This document shows positions 8,363-18,900 of a stretch of DNA of 32,000 bases, one piece after another. The stretch lies in the NCBI GenBank assembly GCA_030606485.1, contig JAUWGH010000001.1, positions 420,001 to 452,000 on the forward strand, read 5' to 3'. Position 1 is the first letter of the stretch. The number at the start of each line of letters is the position of its first letter. The DNA is from Promethearchaeota archaeon (GTDB lineage: Archaea; Asgardarchaeota; Lokiarchaeia; Sigyniarchaeales; SOKP01). The notes under the pieces were generated by a model, which saw nothing but the letters and a program-made list of their open reading frames with translations, made no database searches and was not told where the DNA came from. The translations under genes and the position numbers were made by a program.

Positions 8363-8432
8363 TTGTTTTAAATTAATTATTCCCTTCCAACAATTAAATA
8401 AATTAATAGAAATATAGAAAATTTGATATCAA

Positions 8433-9224
8433 TTGAAATTAAGCATTATTATTCCATGTTATAACGAAGAAGAAACAATAAAAGATCTATTGGATTGCCT
8501 TTTTAAAGTTAAATTTCCAATTGAGCGTGAAATTATAATTGTAGATGATGGTTCGCGTAGAAATCATCGAGAAATTATTAAAGAAGAAATTAAAACAAAT
8601 AAAATAAAATTTATTAGATTACCCCGTAATCAGGGAAAGGGTGTTGCGATAAGAGTAGGTTTAAGATATGCAACTGGTGATATCTTTATAATTCAAGATG
8701 CAGATTTTGAATATTTTCCAACAGACATCCCGAAATTATTAGAACCTATTTTGAATAAAGAAGTAAATGTTGTATATGGATCTAGATTTACAACAAAACC
8801 AAAAAATATGGCTAAAACCCATTATTACGCAAATATGCTTTTAACAAAAATAACAAATTTTATTTATAATGTTAATCTCACGGATATGGAAACTGGATAT
8901 AAATTATTTACAAAAAGCGTCTTAAATAATATTACTTTAAACACTCGAGAATTTGAATTTGAGCCCGAAATTACGGCGAAAATAATTTTGAATGGATTTA
9001 AAATTAAAGAATTACCCATTCAATATCATTACCGACAATTTGGTGCCTCAAAAATAAATTGGCTTGATGGTCTCGAAGGAGGTTTAATTCTTTTGCAACA
9101 TAGATTTTGTCCCAATTCAAAACTCTACCAATTTATTTATAATACCTATAAATTTCACATTAAAAAAATTGTTAATAAACTAACGAGATTTATTTCTAAA
9201 ATCATTTACATGCGGAGAATTTAA
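8433..9224 (+). CDS. GT2 glycosyltransferase, DPM1-like (polyprenol-phosphate sugar synthase family)
   Basis: IIIPCYNEE, VDDGS, NQGKG, QDADFEY, VYGSRF, DMETGYK and FEFEPE motifs. TTG start. Confidence 0.9.
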   Translation: MKLSIIIPCYNEEETIKDLLDCLFKVKFPIEREIIIVDDGSRRNHREIIKEEIKTNKIKFIRLPRNQGKGVAIRVGLRYATGDIFIIQDADFEYFPTDIPKLLEPILNKEVNVVYGSRFTTKPKNMAKTHYYANMLLTKITNFIYNVNLTDMETGYKLFTKSVLNNITLNTREFEFEPEITAKIILNGFKIKELPIQYHYRQFGASKINWLDGLEGGLILLQHRFCPNSKLYQFIYNTYKFHIKKIVNKLTRFISKIIYMRRI

Positions 9225-9242
9225 ATTAAATTAATTAAATGT

Positions 9243-11444
9243 CTAATTATTATTAAACCAATAAACCTGAATTGATTGATTTTTTATATTTTTTGATGTA
9301 AATACTCTATTTAAATAGGGCAAATTATAATATTCTTCTAAAATAGTAGAATTTAACTTTCCTATATTAATTCCAATTACATCACCAAATATTCCTTCCG
9401 TAATTTGCTTATCATCTAACAATAAATATAAATTATTTTCGTTTTTTTCTTGTTGAAATTTCCTTAAATTGTTAAAACCAGTTTCATTTATTTGATTAGA
9501 TGGAAGTAAAAGAAATGCTTCATTAAAGTAAATAGACTGATTTTTTCCTGAATAATAATCCAAAATATAATTCCATCTAAACCCGGTTAGATAAGAACTC
9601 TCTTTACTTGAATAAATACCAAACCATTGGGCACCCGATATTTCATAATTTTTTTTAAACTGAGTAACATTTATCGTTGTAAATAAAGAACTGAGAAATG
9701 TTAAAATAAAAACAAATAAATAAAATTTTTTGTAGATTTTAGGCTGAAAAAATTTATCTTTATATAAATAAAATAGATAAGCCATTTCTGCGCAAATAAA
9801 TCCAATACTGGAATATGTAACCATTCGCATCCATAACATATATTTAAGAAATAGTAAATCATAAATCAAAAAAATTACAAGAATTAGAAGTGAATAATAT
9901 GTCCAAAGATATATTAATGTCCCATCTAAATGCTTCTTTCGATAAACCAATACTCCAAAAATTGATAAAATCAATGAAACCACAAAAATTGTTATAGGAA
10001 TCACTATATATGTAAATATATATAAGTAATCATAAGATGTTTCAAAACTGATAGATATTAAAAAAAAAATTAAAATGGGAAGTACCAAGATTAATATGAC
10101 TAAAATTGGTTTCAAATAAACCACTCCAACCCTTTTCAAACTACTTTCTTTAAGTTCTTTATTTAACCAAGCTTTAAATTTTCCTTTTGGTTCAGCTGAA
10201 TATTTGTTAATCAAAATTATTAGACTAATCCCAATCACACCAAGAATTGGGAATATATATATGGGTAATGATAAATCCACTAAGAAACTTTCAAAAATAA
10301 TAGTTTGAAAACCAATGATATTATAAACTCCATAAATTAAAAATAAGAAAGCAAAAAATCCTAAATCTATTATTTTTTTCCTATCAAGAATTGCAAAAAA
10401 AAATGAAATAAAAAGAAATAAACCTAAAAATAAAATAACACTTATATCTGAAATAAAGACCATTGCAGAAAAACCAATACTAATAAAAAAATATATTATT
10501 ACCGTTTGTTTTATTTCAAATTTAAAATTTTTAATTCGCTCGATATAAAAAAACATCATAAATAGAAATACTACTAATCCTAATGCTGTAGGGAAATATT
10601 GACTCTGTGGAAAATCAAAACGATATGGACTAATTAATAAAAGAAATGCCCCTAGTATTCCAATTTGGGCGTTATTAAAAATCTTTTTAAAAACAACAAA
10701 GCTCATCAAACCAGAAATTAAATAATTTAAGATAGGAAAATATCTTACAATAAAAATTGTAGGATGTCCAGAAAATAAATGAATAACTGCTCCCAAAAGA
10801 TGTAATCCATTTAATCCTCTGTATGATTCAAAAGGTATTATTCCTGTTTGAATAATCTCATTAGTTAAAATTAGATGAAACCAAGGATCATCTCCAAATA
10901 ATACGGGATATCGAAAAATTGCAAATAATGCATATAATATAAGAAATACGATATATAGTAAGAAATTTTTTGGAATTAGGCTCTCAATTTTAATCAAATT
11001 GAATTTTTTAATATAAGTAGTATTTTTAAAGTATTTATTCAAAAACATAAACAAAAAGAAAATAGAATATATACAAATCAAATAAAAATAAACCGTGATT
11101 GGCACACCTAAAAATCCCGCAATTATTCCAGTTAAAATATTAAAAATCATGCTAAATAAAATTGTTAATACCATTTTTTCTATGAAGTTATATTTTGTTT
11201 CAAAAATTTTAAAGAAAAGTTGGTAACCTGGAATAAAATAGATAAGAAATAAACTTGGGAACAAATTTAATATAGAATTTAAAGTTAAACCAATTGTATT
11301 GAGGATTATAAAAATTGAACTTACAATCAGTAATATATTAATTAATAAATCTAAATTTCTAAAAATAAAAATTAAAACTTTCTGCGATTTACTTATAATT
11401 TGATTTAAAATTCTTTCCTTGGTTATGCGTTCATTAAAATCCAT
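9243..11444 (-). CDS. Multi-pass membrane protein, GT-C-like glycosyltransferase candidate
   Basis: Many hydrophobic segments, first-loop motif GDDPWFH and a soluble C-terminal domain. Lies directly downstream of a DPM1-like GT2 in the same orientation. Confidence 0.6.
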   Translation of the reverse strand: MDFNERITKERILNQIISKSQKVLIFIFRNLDLLINILLIVSSIFIILNTIGLTLNSILNLFPSLFLIYFIPGYQLFFKIFETKYNFIEKMVLTILFSMIFNILTGIIAGFLGVPITVYFYLICIYSIFFLFMFLNKYFKNTTYIKKFNLIKIESLIPKNFLLYIVFLILYALFAIFRYPVLFGDDPWFHLILTNEIIQTGIIPFESYRGLNGLHLLGAVIHLFSGHPTIFIVRYFPILNYLISGLMSFVVFKKIFNNAQIGILGAFLLLISPYRFDFPQSQYFPTALGLVVFLFMMFFYIERIKNFKFEIKQTVIIYFFISIGFSAMVFISDISVILFLGLFLFISFFFAILDRKKIIDLGFFAFLFLIYGVYNIIGFQTIIFESFLVDLSLPIYIFPILGVIGISLIILINKYSAEPKGKFKAWLNKELKESSLKRVGVVYLKPILVILILVLPILIFFLISISFETSYDYLYIFTYIVIPITIFVVSLILSIFGVLVYRKKHLDGTLIYLWTYYSLLILVIFLIYDLLFLKYMLWMRMVTYSSIGFICAEMAYLFYLYKDKFFQPKIYKKFYLFVFILTFLSSLFTTINVTQFKKNYEISGAQWFGIYSSKESSYLTGFRWNYILDYYSGKNQSIYFNEAFLLLPSNQINETGFNNLRKFQQEKNENNLYLLLDDKQITEGIFGDVIGINIGKLNSTILEEYYNLPYLNRVFTSKNIKNQSIQVYWFNNN

Positions 11445-11475
11445 TAATGATTATTAAAACTTCCCATCTTAATAA

Positions 11476-12306
11476 TTATCTTATTTTATTAATTTTAGAA
11501 GTCAGAAATCTAAGGATAAATTTAAACTTCTTAGGAAAAATTCCACTAAAAAAAGTAAGCCCAATTTTTAGACTATCTAATACAAGATTCATATATGAAT
11601 CTCTGAAAGATACTCCATTATTAATCGGAACTTCTTTAATTGTATAACCTTTATTTAATGCTTCAATTATTATTTCTGTTTCAATTTCAAACCCCGAAGC
11701 CTCAAGATTCAAATTATTAATTACATTTGGTTTAAAAGCTCTAAATCCACTTTGAGTGTCAGTAATATACTTTTGAGTCACCACAGTGCCAAATATTGTA
11801 AATATTTGGTTTCCAACTTTTCTCATTTGAGAAAGATATTTCCTATTATTTAAATAACTCCCATTTGCATTCTGTTTAATTAAAAAGCGTGATCCAATAA
11901 CCATATCTGTTTCTCCATTAAATATTGGTTTTAATAGCTCTGGAATATCTTCTGGACAATGTTCTCCATCTGCATCAATAGTAATTATAATATCGGAGGG
12001 GGAACAATACCCAAAACCATTTTTTAAAGCCTCTCCTTTTCCTAAATTTTCCTCATGATATAAAAGAGTTATATCTGGTCTGTTTAATATCTCTCTTGAA
12101 TTATCAATTGAACCATCATCAATGCAAATTATCTCGGCTTTTATATTCAATTTAGAAAATGTTTCTAAGATTCTCTTAATCAATCCAGTTATCGTATCTT
12201 CCTCATTATACACTGGAATTATAACCTTAACCGGGGAATTGATGTTTTCTAGGTCGTCTGTAATGCTTTTTGGTATCGCTATTGGCTGATATAGTTCCTT
12301 TGTCAA
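11476..12306 (-). CDS. GT2 glycosyltransferase, DPM1-like
   Basis: IPVYNEE, IDDGS, NLGKG, IDADGEH, VIGSRF, DTQSGFRAF and FEIETE motifs. TTG start. Confidence 0.9.
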   Translation of the reverse strand: MTKELYQPIAIPKSITDDLENINSPVKVIIPVYNEEDTITGLIKRILETFSKLNIKAEIICIDDGSIDNSREILNRPDITLLYHEENLGKGEALKNGFGYCSPSDIIITIDADGEHCPEDIPELLKPIFNGETDMVIGSRFLIKQNANGSYLNNRKYLSQMRKVGNQIFTIFGTVVTQKYITDTQSGFRAFKPNVINNLNLEASGFEIETEIIIEALNKGYTIKEVPINNGVSFRDSYMNLVLDSLKIGLTFFSGIFPKKFKFILRFLTSKINKIR

Positions 12307-12438
12307 ATTTTAAACTCTGTTTTGTATTAAAAACATTTGATTAAATAAATAAATATTTATAATATTATTATATATCTGTACCATTTTTTTATTAAAATCT
12401 TTTCTTTTTTTTATTAAAGAAAATTTTATTTAACCTAA

Positions 12439-13578
12439 TTATGATTCTATTAAATCATTATAGACTCTAATCATCTTCTTTGTGATTATTTCCCAAGAAA
12501 AGTTCTTTTTTAGATATTCTCTTAACTTTTTCGAATTTGATTTTCCCTCTTTTTGATTTTCTATTGATTTTAAACAAATCTCGGAAACACTACTCAGATT
12601 ATTAAGTTTAAACAATCTCCCATGATCTTCATTTCGGATTACTTCTGGAATTCCCCCAACATTAGAGGCTATAACGCTAATGCCGCAAGCCATTGCCTCC
12701 AACATTGTTGTAGGCATTCCTTCATATCGGGATGTAATTAATAAAATCTTTGATTGGTTATAAATTTTAATCATTTGCTCATGTGGAATTCTGTAATAAT
12801 GCCTAATAGGAATCTGCTTTTTAAAATCTTGGAGCATATAATATAACGGTCCATCTCCCACAACAAGAAATTCAATATCTTGATTTTTTTTATAAATTTT
12901 TTCAGCAATTTTTAAGAATAAGTCAAAACCTTTAATGTAACTTAAACGGCCAATAAATGTAATATATTTTTTTTCCACATCATCAATTTTTATGAATTTA
13001 GAGAGATTAACTCCATTCGGAATCCAATAATTTTTCTCACGCTTTATTTTAAATCTCTTTAAAACAGTTAGTAAATCCATATATGAAACAGACACCAAAG
13101 AATCAGGAATCGTTAAAGTAAATTTTCCTACAACGGGATCAAATATTATCTTTTTGACTAATAATTGAAAATTTTCAAATAAATTTGATGTGTAAAAAGC
13201 ATCAGTTTGAATTCCACCATGTAATTGAAGTATTAAAGGGAATTTACGAATCTTTCTTAATAAAGCAGCATGAATTGAACTAAAAAAAATATAAGAATGA
13301 GCATGAATAATATCATAATCTCTATAATGCTTGTTTAAAAAAGGTATTATATTAAAGAGTGGATTAATTCCAAAAAGATTTCCATAATATCTTCTATTAA
13401 TAATTCTAATCCCTTCAGAATTATAGTATTCTCCACTTTTAGATATACGATTATAGTTTGAAGTTAAAATTTCACATTCTAACCCATGAGAATTTAAATT
13501 TCTTATTAAATTTTGACAATATATCGAATAACCACCTATATGATCAGGTGGATATGCCATAATATGTAGAATTTTCAT
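12439..13578 (-). CDS. GT4 family glycosyltransferase
   Basis: HIGG, HAHS, IPNGV, FIGRLSYIKG and EGMPTTMLEAMACG (EX7E) motifs. Confidence 0.9.
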   Translation of the reverse strand: MKILHIMAYPPDHIGGYSIYCQNLIRNLNSHGLECEILTSNYNRISKSGEYYNSEGIRIINRRYYGNLFGINPLFNIIPFLNKHYRDYDIIHAHSYIFFSSIHAALLRKIRKFPLILQLHGGIQTDAFYTSNLFENFQLLVKKIIFDPVVGKFTLTIPDSLVSVSYMDLLTVLKRFKIKREKNYWIPNGVNLSKFIKIDDVEKKYITFIGRLSYIKGFDLFLKIAEKIYKKNQDIEFLVVGDGPLYYMLQDFKKQIPIRHYYRIPHEQMIKIYNQSKILLITSRYEGMPTTMLEAMACGISVIASNVGGIPEVIRNEDHGRLFKLNNLSSVSEICLKSIENQKEGKSNSKKLREYLKKNFSWEIITKKMIRVYNDLIES

Positions 13579-13610
13579 GAGTTCTTAAAAAAAGTTCCAA
13601 TTTATTTTAA

Positions 13611-14720
13611 TTATAATAGTTTTAAGAAAAGTTTTTTTAAATCATTTCCTAATTTTTGAGGCGTTAAATATCTCTCAAATAATTTATATCCATTCCGAGC
13701 AATTTTATCTCTTAAATTTTTATCTTCATACAATGTAGTGATCGAATTAACCAATGACTCAACATTTGCATTTTTACATAAATAAACATTTTTCTCATGT
13801 GTAAGAAGTTCCCTTACTGCTATTGTATTTGCGGTTATTATCGGTTTTTTCATCGCTAACGCTGAATAAACTTTATTAGGTATTACAATATTTGATTTTA
13901 ATGTACCCCCAAAAATTCCGAGTTGGATATCAGAATGTTCAATTTTTTCTGGTAATTGACTTAAAGGAATATGTGGTATCAAATCAACGTTATTTAAATT
14001 ATACTTTTTTCTAAATTTAATTATCTCTTGAAATAAAACATTTCCTGGTTTCCCACCAACAATCTCAAATTTAAGTTCAGGATAACTCTTTAGAATTTTA
14101 GCTGCTTCCATTATAACTTTTATACCTTGTAATGGTATATATGTGCCATAAAAACCAATAATGAATTTGCTTTTCTCTCTATTATACTCTCGGGGATAAA
14201 AAATTTCAGGATCAGAACCTACTAAAATTATCTTAATTTTACTTGGCTTTTGATAAAATAACTTAGAAAAGATCTTTCCATGAATTTTAGTATCCGATAA
14301 TATTAAATCTGCTTTTTTAAATGAATAATAATCAATAAAATAAGAAATTTTTGCTAATATTGACTTCTCATTAATATATTTATAATCATAAACATATGAC
14401 AAATAAGAAGAAATAAATGGATCATAAATAATGGGTTTATTAGTTAATCGCTTCACTTGAAGCACAGAATCGAACCCAGGATATCCAACTATTACTAAAT
14501 CAAAATCCTGTGAAATTATTAATTTTTTTAATAATTTTAAACTAGTCTTAAATGAGTTAATTATATATCTTCCTTTATTAACTTCAATAAAAGTTGCACT
14601 TTTTTCATTACATTCAATAACATTTATGCCATTATTAATTAAGCCTTTGATTAATACTCTATTTCGAATTGCTCCTCTGGAATAGGTCCCAAAATAACAA
14701 ATGTTTATTGAATTAGTCAG
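13611..14720 (-). CDS. GT4 family glycosyltransferase, probable CTG start at 14720 (369 aa)
   Basis: The frame is open 85 codons upstream of the track start (TNSINICYFGTYSRGAIRNRVLIKGL...). The CTG overlaps the flippase stop as CTGA. Also GTYIPLQG and IPNKVYSALAMKKPII. Confidence 0.8.
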   Translation of the reverse strand: MTNSINICYFGTYSRGAIRNRVLIKGLINNGINVIECNEKSATFIEVNKGRYIINSFKTSLKLLKKLIISQDFDLVIVGYPGFDSVLQVKRLTNKPIIYDPFISSYLSYVYDYKYINEKSILAKISYFIDYYSFKKADLILSDTKIHGKIFSKLFYQKPSKIKIILVGSDPEIFYPREYNREKSKFIIGFYGTYIPLQGIKVIMEAAKILKSYPELKFEIVGGKPGNVLFQEIIKFRKKYNLNNVDLIPHIPLSQLPEKIEHSDIQLGIFGGTLKSNIVIPNKVYSALAMKKPIITANTIAVRELLTHEKNVYLCKNANVESLVNSITTLYEDKNLRDKIARNGYKLFERYLTPQKLGNDLKKLFLKLL

Positions 14721-16279
14721 ATTTTAAACCCTTTTTTTTTAAAAATGAATATCCTTAAATCATTTAAAAATCTTTTTAATTCCTTAAATTTTAAAATCCT
14801 AAATCCAAATAAAAGAATAAAATACGACCCTAGACATAATAAGCCTATAAAATAAGCATTTAACCCAAAACTCAGTTTTAAAATAAAAAATTCAAAAATA
14901 ATTATGAGAATAGATATGACTAACTGAATTAATTTAAATTGCCATAAAGAAAGTTCAATAATCCTCGATAAACTATAAAAATATAAAATAAATATTACAG
15001 CCATGGATATAATAAATGCTGATGTTGCCGAATATATACCAAAATAAGGGAGGAAAATTACAGTTAATAAAACGTTTATCAAGGCTCCTATTACCTGAAT
15101 AATCAAAAATCTAATAGTTAATCCTTTTGCCACAAGAAATTTTGCTGTGAATTGATTCAAACTATAAAATAGACCACCTATTAAAATCAATTGAAAAACA
15201 TCTGAAAAGCTTGGATATTGACTTAGAATGCTTGAATAAAGAATTCCAAGAATTAAATTCGACATAATTATACATACCAACAATAAGGGAATAATTATAA
15301 CAACAACAAAAGTGAAAATCAACTTATAAATCGCCTTTATTTTATTTTGATCATTATGATAAAAAGCATCTGATTCATAAGGTAATAATAAATCATTTAC
15401 CGTTACTCCAAGCAACCCAATTAAATATATTGTTAAAGATAAAGATAAACCAAAAATCAGTGAAGCCTCATTACCTAAACTACTCAGTAATAATGGACCA
15501 ATCCGAGTATTTAAATAATAAAAAATATTACTTGCTAAAAGTGGTAAGCAGAATAAAATCAACTCCTTTTGTATTTTTAAATCTATAGATCCTTTAATTC
15601 TAAAATTCTTATTTGGATTCTTGTTTCGGTTTAATCCACGAAAAATAAAAAAAATAGCCACTCCATCTAATAAAAAATATGCTAAAATATAACTCAATGC
15701 CGCACCGATAAATCCGAGATTAAGAATCGCAACTAAACTAAATCCAAGTATTAAAAAAATTATAGATAAAAAAAAAATAACTGTTGCAACTCTACTTGAT
15801 AATTTTAATCCATACAAAACACCTTCAAAAAAACGATAAAATTCATAACCAATACCTCCTAATAAAAAAATAACCATGATCTCAGAATTTGGAAGCGAAA
15901 CTCTATAATCATAATTAAATATAAATGTAAAAATTACAATACCTAAGATTATTATTATAAGATTAACGAGTAAAAGAATCGTTCCATTATATAAATATCT
16001 CAACTGAATTTTACTCGAATCTCTCTGTAAGAATCTTGGCATCGCAATATGTAAGGTCAAAATCAAACTAAAAAAAAGGTTTATAAGATAAATAAAAAGA
16101 ATATAATCCCGGTTCGCTCCAATACTCAACCAATTAATCAATAAAATATTACTTACAATAAAAAAAAACACTTCACCAATCGCTTTCGCAATAAAAATTA
16201 GTGAAAACCGCCTTATAATGTCAAACTCAAATATAAGACCTTTTGTTTCGGACCTTTCTTTAATATTATTTTGCTCCAA
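14717..16279 (-). CDS. Polysaccharide/oligosaccharide flippase (Wzx/RfbX, MATE-like)
   Basis: 520-aa multi-pass protein with MPRF, LGFIGAALSYI, PLLASNIFYYLNTRI and PYFGIYSATSA patterns, inside a GT operon. Confidence 0.8.
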   Translation of the reverse strand: MEQNNIKERSETKGLIFEFDIIRRFSLIFIAKAIGEVFFFIVSNILLINWLSIGANRDYILFIYLINLFFSLILTLHIAMPRFLQRDSSKIQLRYLYNGTILLLVNLIIIILGIVIFTFIFNYDYRVSLPNSEIMVIFLLGGIGYEFYRFFEGVLYGLKLSSRVATVIFFLSIIFLILGFSLVAILNLGFIGAALSYILAYFLLDGVAIFFIFRGLNRNKNPNKNFRIKGSIDLKIQKELILFCLPLLASNIFYYLNTRIGPLLLSSLGNEASLIFGLSLSLTIYLIGLLGVTVNDLLLPYESDAFYHNDQNKIKAIYKLIFTFVVVIIIPLLLVCIIMSNLILGILYSSILSQYPSFSDVFQLILIGGLFYSLNQFTAKFLVAKGLTIRFLIIQVIGALINVLLTVIFLPYFGIYSATSAFIISMAVIFILYFYSLSRIIELSLWQFKLIQLVISILIIIFEFFILKLSFGLNAYFIGLLCLGSYFILLFGFRILKFKELKRFLNDLRIFIFKKKGFKI

Positions 16280-16705
16280 TTAAATCCCAAATATCAACTT
16301 ACTTAAAGACAATTTATTGCATAACCGTAATATAATCCATTTAATAATTCAATAGATTTAACTTATTCGAATATTTCTAATTATATAAATTTCCTAGCAA
16401 AAAGCTTGAGCAACAATAATACTTTTAATTCTTGTTTTCTCTCAAGTTTTGTTATACTCACCTAATTTTGTGATTATGAGTATTTCAAAAGAAAAATGTA
16501 AGTCGCCAATTGGTAATTAGTTTTCTATGTTCAAAAATTGTATAAAAAATCAAACATCCTATATAGTATTCTTTCTCCAATATTTTTATTATCCAACTTA
16601 AAAACATTTTTAAACAAAAATATCTAATTAATTATTGAAATAGATCAGAAATCTTTTTAAAATACTACTATTTTAAAAAAAAATCACTATAATAAGGTAA
16701 TCTGC

Positions 16706-17545
16706 TTGACCAAGGAATTCTTAACAAGCATAAAATCTGAAACAAATTTTAAACCGTCAAAAAAAGTAATGAATAAATATTCTTATCAAGCAGAATCTTC
16801 TAAAATCTCATTGGAAAAAAGATTTCTAAAATTAAAAAAAGAGTCGAATTTTACCTTATCTATAGTAATTCCAGTATATAATGAGGAAAAATCAATTAGA
16901 AACATATTAAATCTAATCCCTCATAATGATGGGATTGAAATCATAGTAGTTGATGATGGCTCGACAGATAAAAGCTTCCAAGAAGCTATAGAAAGTGATA
17001 AATCAATTAAATTAATAAAACTTGATGTAAATCAAGGTTATGGAAATGCTATACTGACTGGCGTTAAAAATGCAAGTGGTGATATTATTATTACGATGGA
17101 TTCCGATGGGCAACATAACCCAAATGAAATATGCCGCCTGATTGAACCAATTTTAAATGATAAAGCTGATATATGCATTGGCTCGAGATATTTAGGAAAG
17201 TGTAATTATAATATTCCCCTTTTTACTCGACTTGGAGAATGTTTTATTGAAAAATCTCTGCAAATTCTATTTGGACAAAAAATTTCTAATAATCAAAGCG
17301 GCTTTCGAGCTTTTAAAAAAACAACAACTGATGTCTTTAAAAAAATTAAATTCAATGGCTTTGCATTTGCAACAGAGCTTTTAATAAAATCTAAGCTAAA
17401 AAATTATCGTATAAAAGAAGTCCCTATTGTATTAGAACCTAGAAAATATGGAATATCAAAAATTCGATTACTTAAACTAACAATCACTCTATTATCTTGC
17501 ATTGCATACTATTTTTTTATTAAAATTAAAAATAATAATAGATAA
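16706..17545 (+). CDS. GT2 glycosyltransferase, DPM1-like
   Basis: IPVYNEE, VDDGSTD, NQGYG, MDSDGQH, IGSRY and QSGFRAF motifs, C-terminal hydrophobic helix. Confidence 0.9.
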   Translation: MTKEFLTSIKSETNFKPSKKVMNKYSYQAESSKISLEKRFLKLKKESNFTLSIVIPVYNEEKSIRNILNLIPHNDGIEIIVVDDGSTDKSFQEAIESDKSIKLIKLDVNQGYGNAILTGVKNASGDIIITMDSDGQHNPNEICRLIEPILNDKADICIGSRYLGKCNYNIPLFTRLGECFIEKSLQILFGQKISNNQSGFRAFKKTTTDVFKKIKFNGFAFATELLIKSKLKNYRIKEVPIVLEPRKYGISKIRLLKLTITLLSCIAYYFFIKIKNNNR

Positions 17546-17621
17546 AAGATTTTAATTTAATTTAAATCAATTCAAATGTTCATTTTAATAATCCTATTTT
17601 TCAAACATATGGTGATTTAAA

Positions 17622-18845
17622 ATAAATATAGGTTTTTTATACTTACATCCTCAAGGTGAAAGTATGGGCTCATTATACAGAGTAAGAAATTTTTGTCAAG
17701 GTTTAACAGAATTAGGTCATAAATGTTTTATATTTTCTCCGTATATTTTTTCTGAAGATTGGGGACCTTTAGTTAAATTTATTCAAATTCCTGTATTAAA
17801 ATCAAGAGGAAACATATCAAAACAAATTTATAAAATAATAAGATGGGTTCTGGATCTTCAATTCTTATCTCGTTATACAATATTACAACCAAAAATCCTA
17901 AATTCTATGATAAGTCGAGTTTCTCAGGGCTTATTTAATGTAATTAATTCAGAATTTATTTATCTAGATGTAATTATAGGAGAATCAGAGTTAGGTGGTT
18001 TAATGCTTATTCGAATAAAGGAAAAATTAAAAATTCCTATAATTGTCGATTTACAAAATTATTGGCCTGAAGAATTAGTAGAAAATAATATTATTAAGAG
18101 AAATCATAAACGCTATAAATTTCTAGTTGCTTTAGAAAAAAGTGTAATTGATAATGTGGATTTAGTTATAACTCCCAGTCTTGCCTTGAAAAAATTTCTT
18201 GCCAATAAATTTACTAATGGTAACTATTTAAAAATAAAAGCGATAATTAATGGGGGCATACCTTTTTTGGATAAACCTAAAAAAAAGGAATTTCCACCAA
18301 AAATAATTATGTCGGGATTAGTTGCTTATAGAAGCAATTATCAATTATTCTTAGAAAGCCTACCCTATGTGTTGAGAAAACATCCAGATACTCTAATTTA
18401 TGTAACTAGAAAAGGTGAAGATTTAAAAAAGATGATGAAATTAGCAAAAAACCGAAAAATTAAAATAAATTGGTACTGGAAAGCTTCATATAAGGAATTT
18501 CTTGACTTTTTAGCAGACTTTCATGTAGGTATAGTTACTTCATCACATAATTTATCGAGAAAATTAGGTTTTGTTACTAAAATATATGATTATTTTTCGG
18601 TCGGGGTTCCAGTTGTAGGAAATGATATTGGAGGTTGGACATCTTTAATCCACAAAGAGAAAGTGGGATTATTATCATCAAACGACCCTCAAGATTTGGC
18701 AAATAAAATTTTGCAATTTATTGACAATCCAGATATGTCATATGAGTATGGTGAAAGAGGAATTAAATTATTAAAGGACAAATATAGCGTAAAAAAATCT
18801 TCTCGAAATTTAATGGAGTGTATTGAACTAATCAATGATAATTAA
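17622..18845 (+). CDS. GT4 family glycosyltransferase, probable ATA start at 17622 (ORF track starts at ATG 17664)
   Basis: The N-terminal beta strand INIGFLYLHP lies upstream of the ATG. GGTGA at 17611-17615. C-terminal TKIYDYFSVGVPVVGND motif. Confidence 0.8.
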   Translation: MNIGFLYLHPQGESMGSLYRVRNFCQGLTELGHKCFIFSPYIFSEDWGPLVKFIQIPVLKSRGNISKQIYKIIRWVLDLQFLSRYTILQPKILNSMISRVSQGLFNVINSEFIYLDVIIGESELGGLMLIRIKEKLKIPIIVDLQNYWPEELVENNIIKRNHKRYKFLVALEKSVIDNVDLVITPSLALKKFLANKFTNGNYLKIKAIINGGIPFLDKPKKKEFPPKIIMSGLVAYRSNYQLFLESLPYVLRKHPDTLIYVTRKGEDLKKMMKLAKNRKIKINWYWKASYKEFLDFLADFHVGIVTSSHNLSRKLGFVTKIYDYFSVGVPVVGNDIGGWTSLIHKEKVGLLSSNDPQDLANKILQFIDNPDMSYEYGERGIKLLKDKYSVKKSSRNLMECIELINDN

Positions 18846-18900
18846 AGCATAAATAAATAATAAATAGAATTGAAAAAAGGAGTTCAATTTAAAGAAAATT

